In this document: one piece after another, positions 26,401 to 38,400 of the stretch
Position numbering within the stretch: the first letter of the stretch is position 1
How the letters are laid out: the number at the start of each line of letters is the position of its first letter
NCBI GenBank assembly: GCA_040954595.2
Contig: CM082594.2
Location: 5,961,962-6,025,961, forward strand
DNA length: 64,000 bases
Direction of reading: 5' to 3'
Origin: Balanoglossus misakiensis
Taxonomy: Eukaryota > Animalia > Hemichordata
Notes under the pieces: model-generated
Told to the model about the DNA's origin: nothing
The model's database searches: none
Seen by the model: the letters and a program-made list of their open reading frames with translations, nothing else
Position numbers and translations under genes: made by a program

Positions 26401-29400
26401 GTTTGATTCGGGAATTCAGGCGCATGTACATGACGTCATGACACTTGATAAAATATAACCGCGGGAAACACTCTTCTACCTTGTTAAAGGTATCCTCGTT
26501 TGACCTGCTACTACATGTACTTATTCAACGAGAATTTACACGATGGGGGTCTCCGTGTGATACCGTTTAATTTGCCGCTAAACTGACCAATAACTTTAGC
26601 ATTGTTTGATTTATTGCGTAGATGTATGCTTTTAATTCGAAGTTGCATGAGCAATAATTCAAATGGCGTATTTAACAGAGCTGTACCAATTTACCGTGAA
26701 TAATTCCGCTGATGTACGCGTGCGCGAACGACACCTAATCCGTGCGCGATGACGATGACAAGTGTAATGCAATCGTTAACAATGATACTTGCATCCATCT
26801 TTTGGAAGATAGCTTTGCGTTAATCGCATGCGCAGACAGCGTCTGGAGGGACGCTGTAAATCACGCCAGATGTCATGCCAGGATCACGTCGGGGAACGAA
26901 AGGTTTTAATTTTTAGTTGAATAGCCCTATCCCGCGCGAACGATGCCAAATGTCCCGTAGGAAATAAATTGCGGTATATTAGTGGTCTTCATTGTTGTTG
27001 TGGTAACATATGCCCTAGGATTAGCAGGATAAATGACAGATTTTATTGCACTTGCGTATTACACGTTTGGCCTAGCACTGTGTCTGAACGTTTGGAGCTA
27101 CCAGTGCACTCGAGTCCCGTAAAATCACATGTAAAGGCGAGTTTACTAAAAGTAACAACACTCTCACCGAAGTTATATTTCAACGCTATTCAAAATTACA
27201 AAATAAACACGTCTACATTATTATTTTTCTTGTTTTCCGAAAGGTGAACAACTTTGTGGGGGCTTTCCACGACGCTGTGTTACTCTACGCAACCGCCTTG
27301 CAAGAGACGTTGGGTAACAACCAGGACCCCAGAGATGGATACGCCATCACGAGAAAAATGTGGAACAGAACATTCACGGGTAGGGACCGCAGCGCTCCAA
27401 AGTTCTTATCTGTTTGTTTGCATGTTTCAGTTGCACGTATAGCATTATGTTCGGCGTGATAGCATTCCCTACTTCTTAAATTAAAAACGTGTGGAAATCT
27501 GCTAACGATGAATGTAGAATTAAACACTGGCCTTTGACAATAATGTTAAAGTGGTTCAATTTACATATCTGAAGTGGGCAGCATCGCTTCCCTTCTCGAA
27601 ATTCACGAATTCTATCATAAGCTTCCTTAGTTCATCTCTCTGTTTTATTTCGCAAAGAGTAGATACCTGTGACTGTATCTTTGATGTTTTTATGCCAACA
27701 GGAATCACAGGTAATGTCTCCATTGACCAAGTGGGTGACAGAAACGCCGATTACTCTGTGTTGGACATGACCGACCCAACGGAGGGAATCTTTGAGGTGA
27801 GTTGAACGCCTTCAAATCGGCGCGCGGATTGTAGTTAAGGCATTGCCTTTGCTTGCAGCTAGCTAAATGATCGGAGAAACTTGCAAGACCCAGAAGAGGT
27901 TAATGACCCGATATTAAATATGATTGATAAGGTGGGTTTTTTTTTCTGTGATCAAGTTTGTGATAGTTTTATAAGGGATTAGCCGAGCGTGTCACAGCCG
28001 TATGTTTCCTTCAATTTTTTTATCCTGTAATAAATTAAGTGCTAAATTGACGTGACGCCAAACCCAAGGCCGTTAACGAGGGTTCTATTTACATATGAAA
28101 ATATAATTTGGAAACGATATCAACGAAATTGACTTTTAAAGATCTATTTGTCAAACAAATACAATATTGACGTGTGTGTATCTAGTATAACCCAACGACT
28201 TTCCAATGAAGTGCGGGTTGACAAATGATGCGTTGACAGAGAGTTTGAGTGCATTAAGACTGTGAGATGAGCACACACACAGATGGCTGGATTACTAAAG
28301 TTTAAAGACATAAAGGTCATATTGCGTTAATTGTCATCGTTTGATATGCAGCCACGGCTAAATATTATTTCTAAGTTCTGTTAGACGCACGTTTTAATAC
28401 ATTCAAGTTGTTATGAAATGTGCGTGATAAATCATGAATTTGTCTTTATCATATCCATAAAAATGGGAAATGTTTATATTGTACTTCGCGTTAAGCAGGT
28501 GCACCATAAAATGACGGGTGGCCTGTAGCGCGAATTATTCCACACACGCCTTGACATTATTACGGGAATCTAGAGCTGGCGTGGTGGTTTGCGGTTTTTT
28601 TTTTCGTATCTGACAAAATCTCTGTTATTTCCTGGATCGTAAAACAGTCATGCATACAGAATACATCTACTGATGTTGCATGCACGAATCGAACGTTTTC
28701 GTTTACCGGGGATAATGCATCGCGTTATATCTTGTGAAACAGATGTTGATGGTTAAATAGAAAGGACTGATTGCGTCGAGGCCGAGTCACTCTGGGGAAA
28801 GCTCCGGGTGACGCATCGTGAATGTCACTGAGCAAGACAGGTTTTTTAGTTTGAAACGGAATGGATTTACATTGTGTGAAACCGTCATCAACTGGCCTTT
28901 TCGATAACAAGATTAAACACGCAGCGTTGAATCAGGACAGAAGTTTCCCACTGAAGGACCTATTGAATGAGTTTGGCTTTATCAAACAGTTGATGACGTT
29001 TTCGAAGACTTCGGATGATCGCCGAAGGTCGGCACCTAGAGATTTTAATGTTTTGAATACGACGCGCGTTAGATATGATACACCTGTAGCATTGACTGTA
29101 CATATAGGAAACACCCCAGGATATGCAAAATTAATAATTATGAAACTAACCGACTGTAGTTTCTGTTTATTTCCAATTTGATCCCGGCTGAGTGTAATAT
29201 ATGACAACTCAACGAATGATTTATCTGCAGTTTCTCTGTGTCCATATGTTAACATAAGTTCCCCCGTGACATAATCTCACTGTAAATCTTGCTGGCCCCG
29301 GGAACAAGCGCAGCACCGGTTGTCCCCCACCGCTTGAGTCAATTTCCGGATAAGACCCCACCCCCTCCCCGCCAGCTCTTTGAGCGCACGTTTTACCCCC

Positions 29401-32400
29401 ACGGGCGTGAAATCCGATTTACAGAACCATGACTACTCTCTCAGAAGATGTTTAATTAGTTGTCTTTCAGATATCGCATATCGGCGACGTTCAACGCGAC
29501 CCAAATGTTTTGTTTTCCCTTATTTGACTAACAGACACCCACGTTGGTAAATGTCCAGATCTTGAAATGTGCACTCGTCATGAAATATTATCAAACGTTT
29601 ATTTACTGTTCCTCAACAAAGTATTAAAAGCTCACCATCTGCACGGATGACTTATTGATACGTGCACTCCAGTGAGACAATTTGTCAGTGAGGCAGTTCA
29701 GTAACTGACTTACAACAACTAATCTATTTAAGTATGTGCCTTTTATGCGAATTCATATACATATATATTAAAATGGTGCATCGTGTTAGCCCAACTGCTT
29801 GACATGAAATATATCTTGTTTTATGAATTATTTTCTGTTCAGCAGCTTTATGACAGTTATGATACAATCTTCTAGATCTTTGAACAATATTGTGTAACGA
29901 GACGGTAACTATTTCGAATCTAAAACCATAAACGAGATTTGTATATAGGTCAGTTGTTACCACGAGATATACAGGAAAAACAGTTTCCAAGCACTTAGTT
30001 CCGGTATCTGACGGCAGATAATGAATCACTTAACAGAACTGCGTTTATCTCATTTTCAATTCAGAGGGAAAATTCCAACCGGAAATGAAAGCCCAAGTGC
30101 AAAACAAAAAATCAAATTGATATCCGTGCTGTATCATGCAGCCCCCGGAGGCTTGCTTTAACGCCCAATCAACTTTGAAATACCTCATAAAGCCCACTTC
30201 ATGAGAATGTTATGTGAAATGATCCGTGTGTATTCGACTTTTCGCTAGCTGGGCTTGAGTCCACAACTTCCGATTGCATAGTCCGGCCAATTATTCGCTC
30301 ATTGAACCACTCAGTCAGATATGAAACACAGAACACATATTGAACTAAAACACACCGCTTATCTGAGCTGTCTGACATACAAATTAACAATCTGTCTCTG
30401 TATCATTCTGTCTCTCTGCCTCGATCTGTCTCTCTCTGTCTCTGTCTCTGTCTCCCCCCTCCCCAATATAGGCCGTCATCAACTATGTTGGAGAGTCGGG
30501 CACAGTCGAAGTTGTCGCGGACATCCACTGGCCAGGAGGCGCAAGCGGTCCCCCGGACGATGTACCCGCCTGTGGATTTTTCAACGAATTCTGCCCAGAA
30601 GAAAGTACGTGCCAATTACGTGGAGATTTAGTCTTTCAACTTTTTTATCTTTCTAATCTCAAAAGTCCCACGCATATTCGAGAATACCGTGAGTGATTAT
30701 AGAATGATGGAGATATAATTTATTTTGGAACAAGGCATTCGCATTACACCATCAATCTTAATGAATCTCTGTGTGGGGAAACTGACTCGCCTTTTTTCCT
30801 TCTGCCAGATGCAATGAAAGTCATCATACTTTTTCATTAGGTTTATTTCACTTACAGAATGGCGTGGACCATTTGATAGTACTGTTCACTCTCACAAAAG
30901 CAGTCTTTTTTTTGTTTCCACGACCAAAATAAATATCCACTATTTTCCTCAGTATACAATAATTACATACAATTGTTCGTATGACACGTATCGATGAACG
31001 CTCTATAAATTATTAAATTTCACGTTTTTTTACTTTTCCTTAGATATTACATCTCCTGCAATCATTATTGGGGCTGTAGTTGGTGCCTTACTTTTGGCGT
31101 GCATCATAGTGGCAGCGGTGTTTTACAGGTAAGACGAGCGAACGACATCAATATTTATGCATTTTTTCTTCACTTAAAATATAATAGCTTTGAATATAAA
31201 AATGTAATGTCCGATACGGTGCGCTGCATAAACGGTATGCATTTGGAGAAAACCGAATTATTTATTTTAAAAAAAGTGAAGAATAACTGATATTTTTTTT
31301 TTTTGGGGGGGGGGGGGAATTGCGTGGGCGTCATAAGAGACCGGCTGTCGATTTGAGTTGCTGTCCACCAACTCACCACACAGCGTATTGAATTGTGCGG
31401 GTCTGTTTTCGACCGGGTATATATGCACAGCGCGTGTTGGAGTGAAAGTGTCCCCCAATCAATACGTGATGATTGATGACGCGAGGCAAACACAAAATCC
31501 TCAGTTCAAACAATGCGGTCTTTGCTTTTGCTGAAATTCGAGAGCGCCATGATTGCTCCACCTTTGTTTGGTGGAAAGTTATCCAAACGTGCGTATTATG
31601 TGTACCAATCGGCAAAATGTGTATCTATCCGGCATATGTACCATCAGGCGAGATAGGTCGCCAGTCGAGTGAGTGTGTCTTTAACCCGGGTGTTTTATTT
31701 TTATGTGTATAAATTCACAAGACCTTCACACGAAGGACCATACCCTTCTCCGCGACGATGGTTAGGCTTTATATCACTAGCTTTTATATTCAAAGTATAC
31801 CGCCACAAATGTCTTTCCCGTTTACTTTAATTTTCCATTAATTTGCAAAAGAAACCTACCAAAACTTATTAAGTAAAATCTCTCACTGAATATAGTCACT
31901 CTCGTTGAAATCAGGTGAAAGTGGTTGGACGCTTAAGGCGTTGGTTATGGAGGCCAGTAGCCATTTAAATGCGGATTGATTGTTAATTAATACATCGCGC
32001 CCCACAGGAAAAAAAACCTCGTTTGACGATTTCCGCTGGCGCCGGTTCGATTTAAGATGATTTTGCTATTCCTCGACACCTAAACTATAATGGAATTTCA
32101 ATACTACTCAAAGTTTCAATTGCATCTTCACTTGCTTGTAATAAAATGCTTATGAAGCGGCCCTTTGCGTCGACCAATCTTCACTCATTAACCGTACAAT
32201 GATGTGTAGATTTGGTATGAAACGTATACGGTCGCCTATGCATATTTAACCACAGTTAGCATGGAAAGTTGACATATACACGCGAACAAACACGCCGCTA
32301 AACGGTCATTAGTAAAACTCATACACACCCTATAACCATGCATGGGGATATGTAAATTTAAGGCGATTTCGTCCCATCTATTTTGCACATTTCGATTTAA

Positions 32401-35400
32401 TAAATCAAAATGCAAGAGAGCGGAACTATTAGCGAATATTTTCAACATGTGTGTTACTTCTCATATCATAGCGAAGTATGGCACTTAGAACTGTCATTTA
32501 TCTGCTTACTTTGCTTTTCAACCAGTTTAAAGTGTTTAAAAACAAGACTGTCGCCAGAACAATTGAACCACGAAAGCCATATTATTAACACCTGGTGTCT
32601 AGCAAGTTGTGTCACGATTTGGCCAATGTATTTTCAAGGTTAGCCAGCACCTAATGTCGTTTGCAGAACGAAAACTGGAGTACATCAATAGTACTAAAGC
32701 GTTACAAAGCCTTGCCAATATCAGTTTTGAATTATGTACTAAGCAAAACGTATATAAGAGCCCCACCGCGTGCGTTAACGGCCAAGATGATAATCGACGA
32801 TTTTGTTCCCGTTTCAGAAAATACAAATTGGAGAGTGAGTTGGTCAACATGACATGGAAGGTCAAATGGGACGATATTACTTTCAGTAATAACATCAACA
32901 AGAGTCGCTTTTTGTCTATTAATCTACTGAACAGGTCACTGGCAATGGACGTGAGTAAAAACCTACTAGTATTAACACTTGCTCCATTTATATGTAAAAT
33001 GCACTAACAACTGGTCATTGTGTATGCCACGCAGGGTCAAAAGAACATTTCAAATGTTGCGCTATGAGTGTACCGTATACTGACGGGTGTGGATTTTCAG
33101 ACACTGTTTATGATTACCCTTTGTAAAAATTAATACTATAGCATATTATTAAGCAGATATATTGATATTAAAAAAATGTACGCAAAAGGATACAACCGCG
33201 GAACCTACCGTATATATATTCTTTACAAGGGGGTCAGGTCAGCGCACGATACCACTCGGCCAAATCGCCACCTGTGAATAAAGAAGATTCAATGCGCGAA
33301 TTAAAACATATGAAACACCCCATTTATCCAGCAATGTACGTGTACCACGTTACCGCCACGAGGGAGGGAGGGAGGGATCGTGAATGTAACGATTTTCTCC
33401 GTTGCTTTACTAAAAGACATTTCTGTGTGCCACATTTCCATATTTGACAGAAGACACACGGTGGAACTTCACAGTGGTCTAACGGCGCCGATCAACAAAT
33501 CTTCGCTAACGTTGCACATTACAAGGTACGGCGTCCGCTCATTTGTTTTTAGTAAACATTTATTAAGGAATATGTTTTATTGCCTTTTGCAATATGCCGC
33601 GGAGGACATGGGTGCATTTATAATTCGTATACGTACGTACGTACGATCAGCTCAGTGTTAGTTTTCAACTATGATCTTTAAAATTACTAAAATAAACGTA
33701 CGGGGTAGGTATAGAAAACCTAAATAAGTGAGATTTTTTGTCCAAAATCTAATGACTTTCCGGTTTCCGGTGTCGAGTACACTTAACATACCAAAATAAA
33801 GTTCAGATAATTAACTTTCACGATATGTAAACCTTTGTAAAGGTTATCACAGTAGCATTTAACCAGAGGAGAAGTCATATTATATGGACGGTGTTAGATT
33901 TTAATGGCGACACTTGAGAATGGGAAATTTGGGCAATAAACGTCATTACCACAAGACCCGTGGGTGTAGAAGTCAATGTTTCGCTTCATACGATGTGTTT
34001 CATTACCCCTACAGGGCAACGTTGTCGCCGTGAAAAAGGTGAATAAAGGGAAACTCGAATTGACCAGAAATATCCTGTTGGAATTGAAACGCGTGAGTAT
34101 GAATCCGTTTCTGACTCTAGTGAGTAGTTAAATACTGAATAGAGTTAGCTATTTTGCGCTCATTTATTCATTATTCGTGATGGTAGTACAATCTACGTTA
34201 GGTGGCACTCTGTCTTGGCAAAAGTCTGTTTTCTAGAAGGTGTGAGTGAATTGTGATGCCCCTTAGTTCGGCTTTTGAAGCTCGAAACCTTTAAGCAGTG
34301 GTCAGATGTCAAGTGTACATGGGCGTGCCAACTTGCACGTGTTGATTGCGTTGCTCGTCGCCGACGGTAAAAGCAATCACAGAAATTCCCCAAGAGTACG
34401 GCGAGAAACCTATAAGTCAGACCACGTTCGTGTTTTCTGGCTCACAAGGGCGGAATTCTTAATCTTCACTGGTCCAAATAAAATATATCCTAGAGCACTA
34501 CGCGGACAATATCAATGAATTTATATTTCCGTTAGTGGTTATTTCGCTTGTTTTACCACTAAGATTTTGCCACTTTTGCTCACTACATATCTTTTCTGTG
34601 GTCTAATTTGTTTCCAGAGAAAAGATGCGGAACACAACCACATTGTCCGATTCGTCGGCGCATGCGTGGACATGCCAAACATTGCCATACTCACAGAATA
34701 TTGCCCCAAAGGCAGCTTACAGGTAAGGGTACATAAAAAATATTCCCAGCCGGCCTACCTATATAAACTTATCATGAGAAAAACCCCACAACATTTGCTT
34801 TTTGATAGGTAATATCAGGAACATGTTCCCCGGAATATATTGTTACAATGAAACCACGAATCAAAGTCGATGATGTTTTACGGGTTAACTATATTTAGTA
34901 CAGGGCCACGCATGACTGCGAATGAGCGTCCACGCAACTGTTATGCACACAATCAAGTATAATAATATCAGCCAACTGCAATATTTCCTCGAAATACTAT
35001 ACCATTAACCATTCTGGGTAATTGTACACTAAGCCCCCTTCGGTGCTATTTCGCTGACACCAGCGAACAGGAAATTCAATCGCTAGAGTTTGGGAGTTGT
35101 TTTCGCTAACAAAGATTGCAATTACAGCCGCAGATCGTAGCAAGAATCGAAAGTGAAAGATTTTGCCAGAAATACTGTATTGGACGGTATTTTGAAATTG
35201 CATCCATTTCCATCAGGTGCCAACACAGGCTCCCGACGCGGATTTATTTATGGCTTCATATAGTTTGCCTTTTACCGAAGTTATTGGCACATTTATAACA
35301 ATTTATTGTGGATATTGGTTTATATAGCGACTGTAAATGCCAATTATCGGCTTCCACGCATGCGCTCTGCGGCGCGACGTTTATTGTCAGAGTCCGCTTC

Positions 35401-38400
35401 AGTAACCATCATGCATTGCGGCTTGATCTATGTCCACGGAAGCCGATTGAGCAACAGAATGAAATTTTCCTAAAGCTCAGTAAAATCATCATGGATTTCC
35501 CTACTTCAAGTTGGCATGTAGACACAGAGAATTGACACTGTACAATTGACATTGTCTATTCCAATTCTCGTGATCCTTTTGTCATGAAAAGATTTCAGTG
35601 CCTGATTATGATCAATGGAGTCTTACCATGAAATGGCAGAACTCCCAAAGGAAGACCAATCATGGTATTTTCTCTTGCATCAGCAGGGGACTTACCCTAA
35701 TAGCCCGGACGGTCTTTTTGTCATGGAAGACGAAAATGAAATGTCATCCTTGGTTAGGCAATGTTCTTTGAAACAAATGTCATGAGTCTCGCGCAGACCT
35801 CCCATGGCTTTGAGCCGGTTCTTGATAATAGAACGGCAGTTTTAAGATACAATCGATCCGAATACGCTCCCATCTGGGATATGTGGGGTTGGTAAAACTT
35901 CGAATACATCTTCCGGGTAGGCATCAAGAGTCATCAATGACGCAAAACTGTCCGATGACGTCATAGTGTTAGTGGTTTCTTGTGTATGATATCGCACAAG
36001 ACATTTCGCACTGGGTCCCGGCTGCAGTCTATTTACAAGGACGCGCTTTGTTTTGTGTAGTCCTGAATGCTCTCTGTTGCCAAACATAAATAAACTTACT
36101 CCGTCCCATAATCCGGGTAGTCGAAATTCCTTGCCCGTCGAGGCAGAAGGGACACAGCCACGGCCGCTGACACGTTCACGGTCTGACCATTGACAACTGC
36201 TTCCGCGGTAACTGTTATGTACGCCTTCGTCTGTAATGGCCGTAGTACCAACGCCATTTTGTCCCGTCATCGCGTGCCCTGCCCGACCCCGCACAGGTGA
36301 TATCTCTGCTTTCCCCCCTGTCGCAAATCAGACCGTCCATTGGCGCGAACATTTGCATACACGCTTTCAACAGGTGGTTGATATACAATTACAGGGGATT
36401 TCGCTTGAGCAGGCGCGTCAAAATTCAACGCCTTTGTCTGAATTGTTTCTGCCGTTAAGCTGTTTTTTCTTGTTGGGGCAATTCTCAACATCCTACCCTT
36501 AATTTGTAGAGTATCACCAGACGTGATCTAATAAAGTTGAAACATGCTACCAACGCCGAGTTCAAGACGAAACCATTCGATAAAAAAACTAAAAGGAAAC
36601 ACATCGATGTGATTAAAATTAACTGGAAGTACTTCACAAAACCCTTTGCCGCAAAACGTGTGGGCGTTTCTGCTTCCATCCCACGGAGAAGTGTTAACAC
36701 GTCTCGTGCATTAGACTGTGATTTATTTTGATGTCCTTTTGACGTTTAAAATAGTGCGAACCACACTCAGAATGTCAAATAAAACAAGTGTTCAGCAAAT
36801 TCAATGCATTTGCCCTCAAACGAAAAATTCATTCTGTCTGATCTTCCAGGACGTGCTGGAGAACGATTCTCTGCAGCTGGATTGGATGTTCCGATACTCG
36901 CTGATGAACGACATTATTAAGGTAAGTAAGTCGACGAGAGGTCTGGGAATTTCCCCGCAATTGTCAGAGGCTCATGTTGCCTTGTAAAGTGCCATTTAAT
37001 ACTAGTAACAGCGCCATGGAAACAACGATTGGCAGGAGACGCGCAACGCATTGATGAAAAGACGTCCCACGAGATTCTCGCGAGAGGAAACCGGTTTACA
37101 CGTTCAAGAAATACGAGATGCGCAGTGTTACCCGGAGATGTCTCAATTTCTCAAGTTACCTCAAAAGGGGTAAAATCCAATCAGATAAATGTCAAGATTT
37201 GATGGTTTATCTCCGATTAGAGAATGAAATATGAACTTCTTATTGATCGACGAATTTCATATATTTGATATTAATTTCCTCACTTGGTGTCGGAGATTGA
37301 TGAGTTAATGGAATTAATACTGGAGCACTTTTGTTGCAGTTTATGAACAGTTAAGTGTGACTGCCAACAGAACAATGACAGCCAATTGAGTATCGGTGAA
37401 ATTAGGTCACGTCGGTGTTGATAAACTCAATTCAAGGTTGAAATTGAAGTTCAAAGCTGAACCGCCCGTCACGAATTTTCGCTGTCACTGAAGGGGTTTC
37501 CTATAGTGGCCCCTGCTCGTGTAGGACACTCCCGTATGTCCGCACGCGATCAATGCAAGATTCCCTATGTTTCTGTAATCTTCACGTGTCATCGCTACCG
37601 TTGTGGTTACCAAATTATTACGTAAATATCGTTCACTGTCTGTCTCAACCATCAGGGTCTCCACTTCCTACACCACAGCGTGTTCAAGCACCATGGCAAC
37701 CTGACGTCATCAAACTGTGTCGTGGACAGCCGCTTCGTGCTGAAGTTGACCGACTTTGGACTCGAAGAATTCACCGAAAGCTGTCGAGGCAGCGACAATG
37801 CACTCAGCAACCTGTCAAGTTAGTACTCAGTCAACTTTTATGCCGTTGGCCTCGTGTCAGTGACACCAAAACAGTGATAAAACATGCATGTACAAATACA
37901 CACATTGTCCTTTCAATATATTTCTGTCTGAAAGTAATATACTTATTTTGTCACTATTGTCTAGAAAAGCTTTGGAAAGCCCCTGAAATTCTTCGTGACG
38001 AGTCGACTCGGGGGTCGCAAGAGGGCGATATTTACAGCTTTGGCATCGTTACTTACGAGATAGCCACGAGAAGTGCTCCTTATGAACTGGAAGCAGCTGA
38101 TTTGAACGTAAAAGGTACATTTCCGCTGTAACGTGCAACTGGCATTATGTCCGGATTTGTTCCGCGTTTTGTTAAGATTTTTGCCAGTGAGGGCGATGAT
38201 GACAGAAAGTGTAATTTTCGGTAGTGAGAGCGCTAACTTAAATCAAGAAACCGTTCTCTGGACTTGTTTTTCTATCTACATGTATTTCATTCATTTCAAA
38301 TACATTTCCCTGAGAAGTTTGTCTCCACAAGTTTTGCCTGTGATGGATTGAAATTATGTTGGTAGTTACTCAATAGTATTGTGCTAGTTCAAAAAAATGA

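Noticed and set aside
37553-38131. 192-aa ORF spanning exons 12-13 of gene 1
   Set aside because: It reads exon 12 out of frame; only the exon 13 part is real coding sequence.
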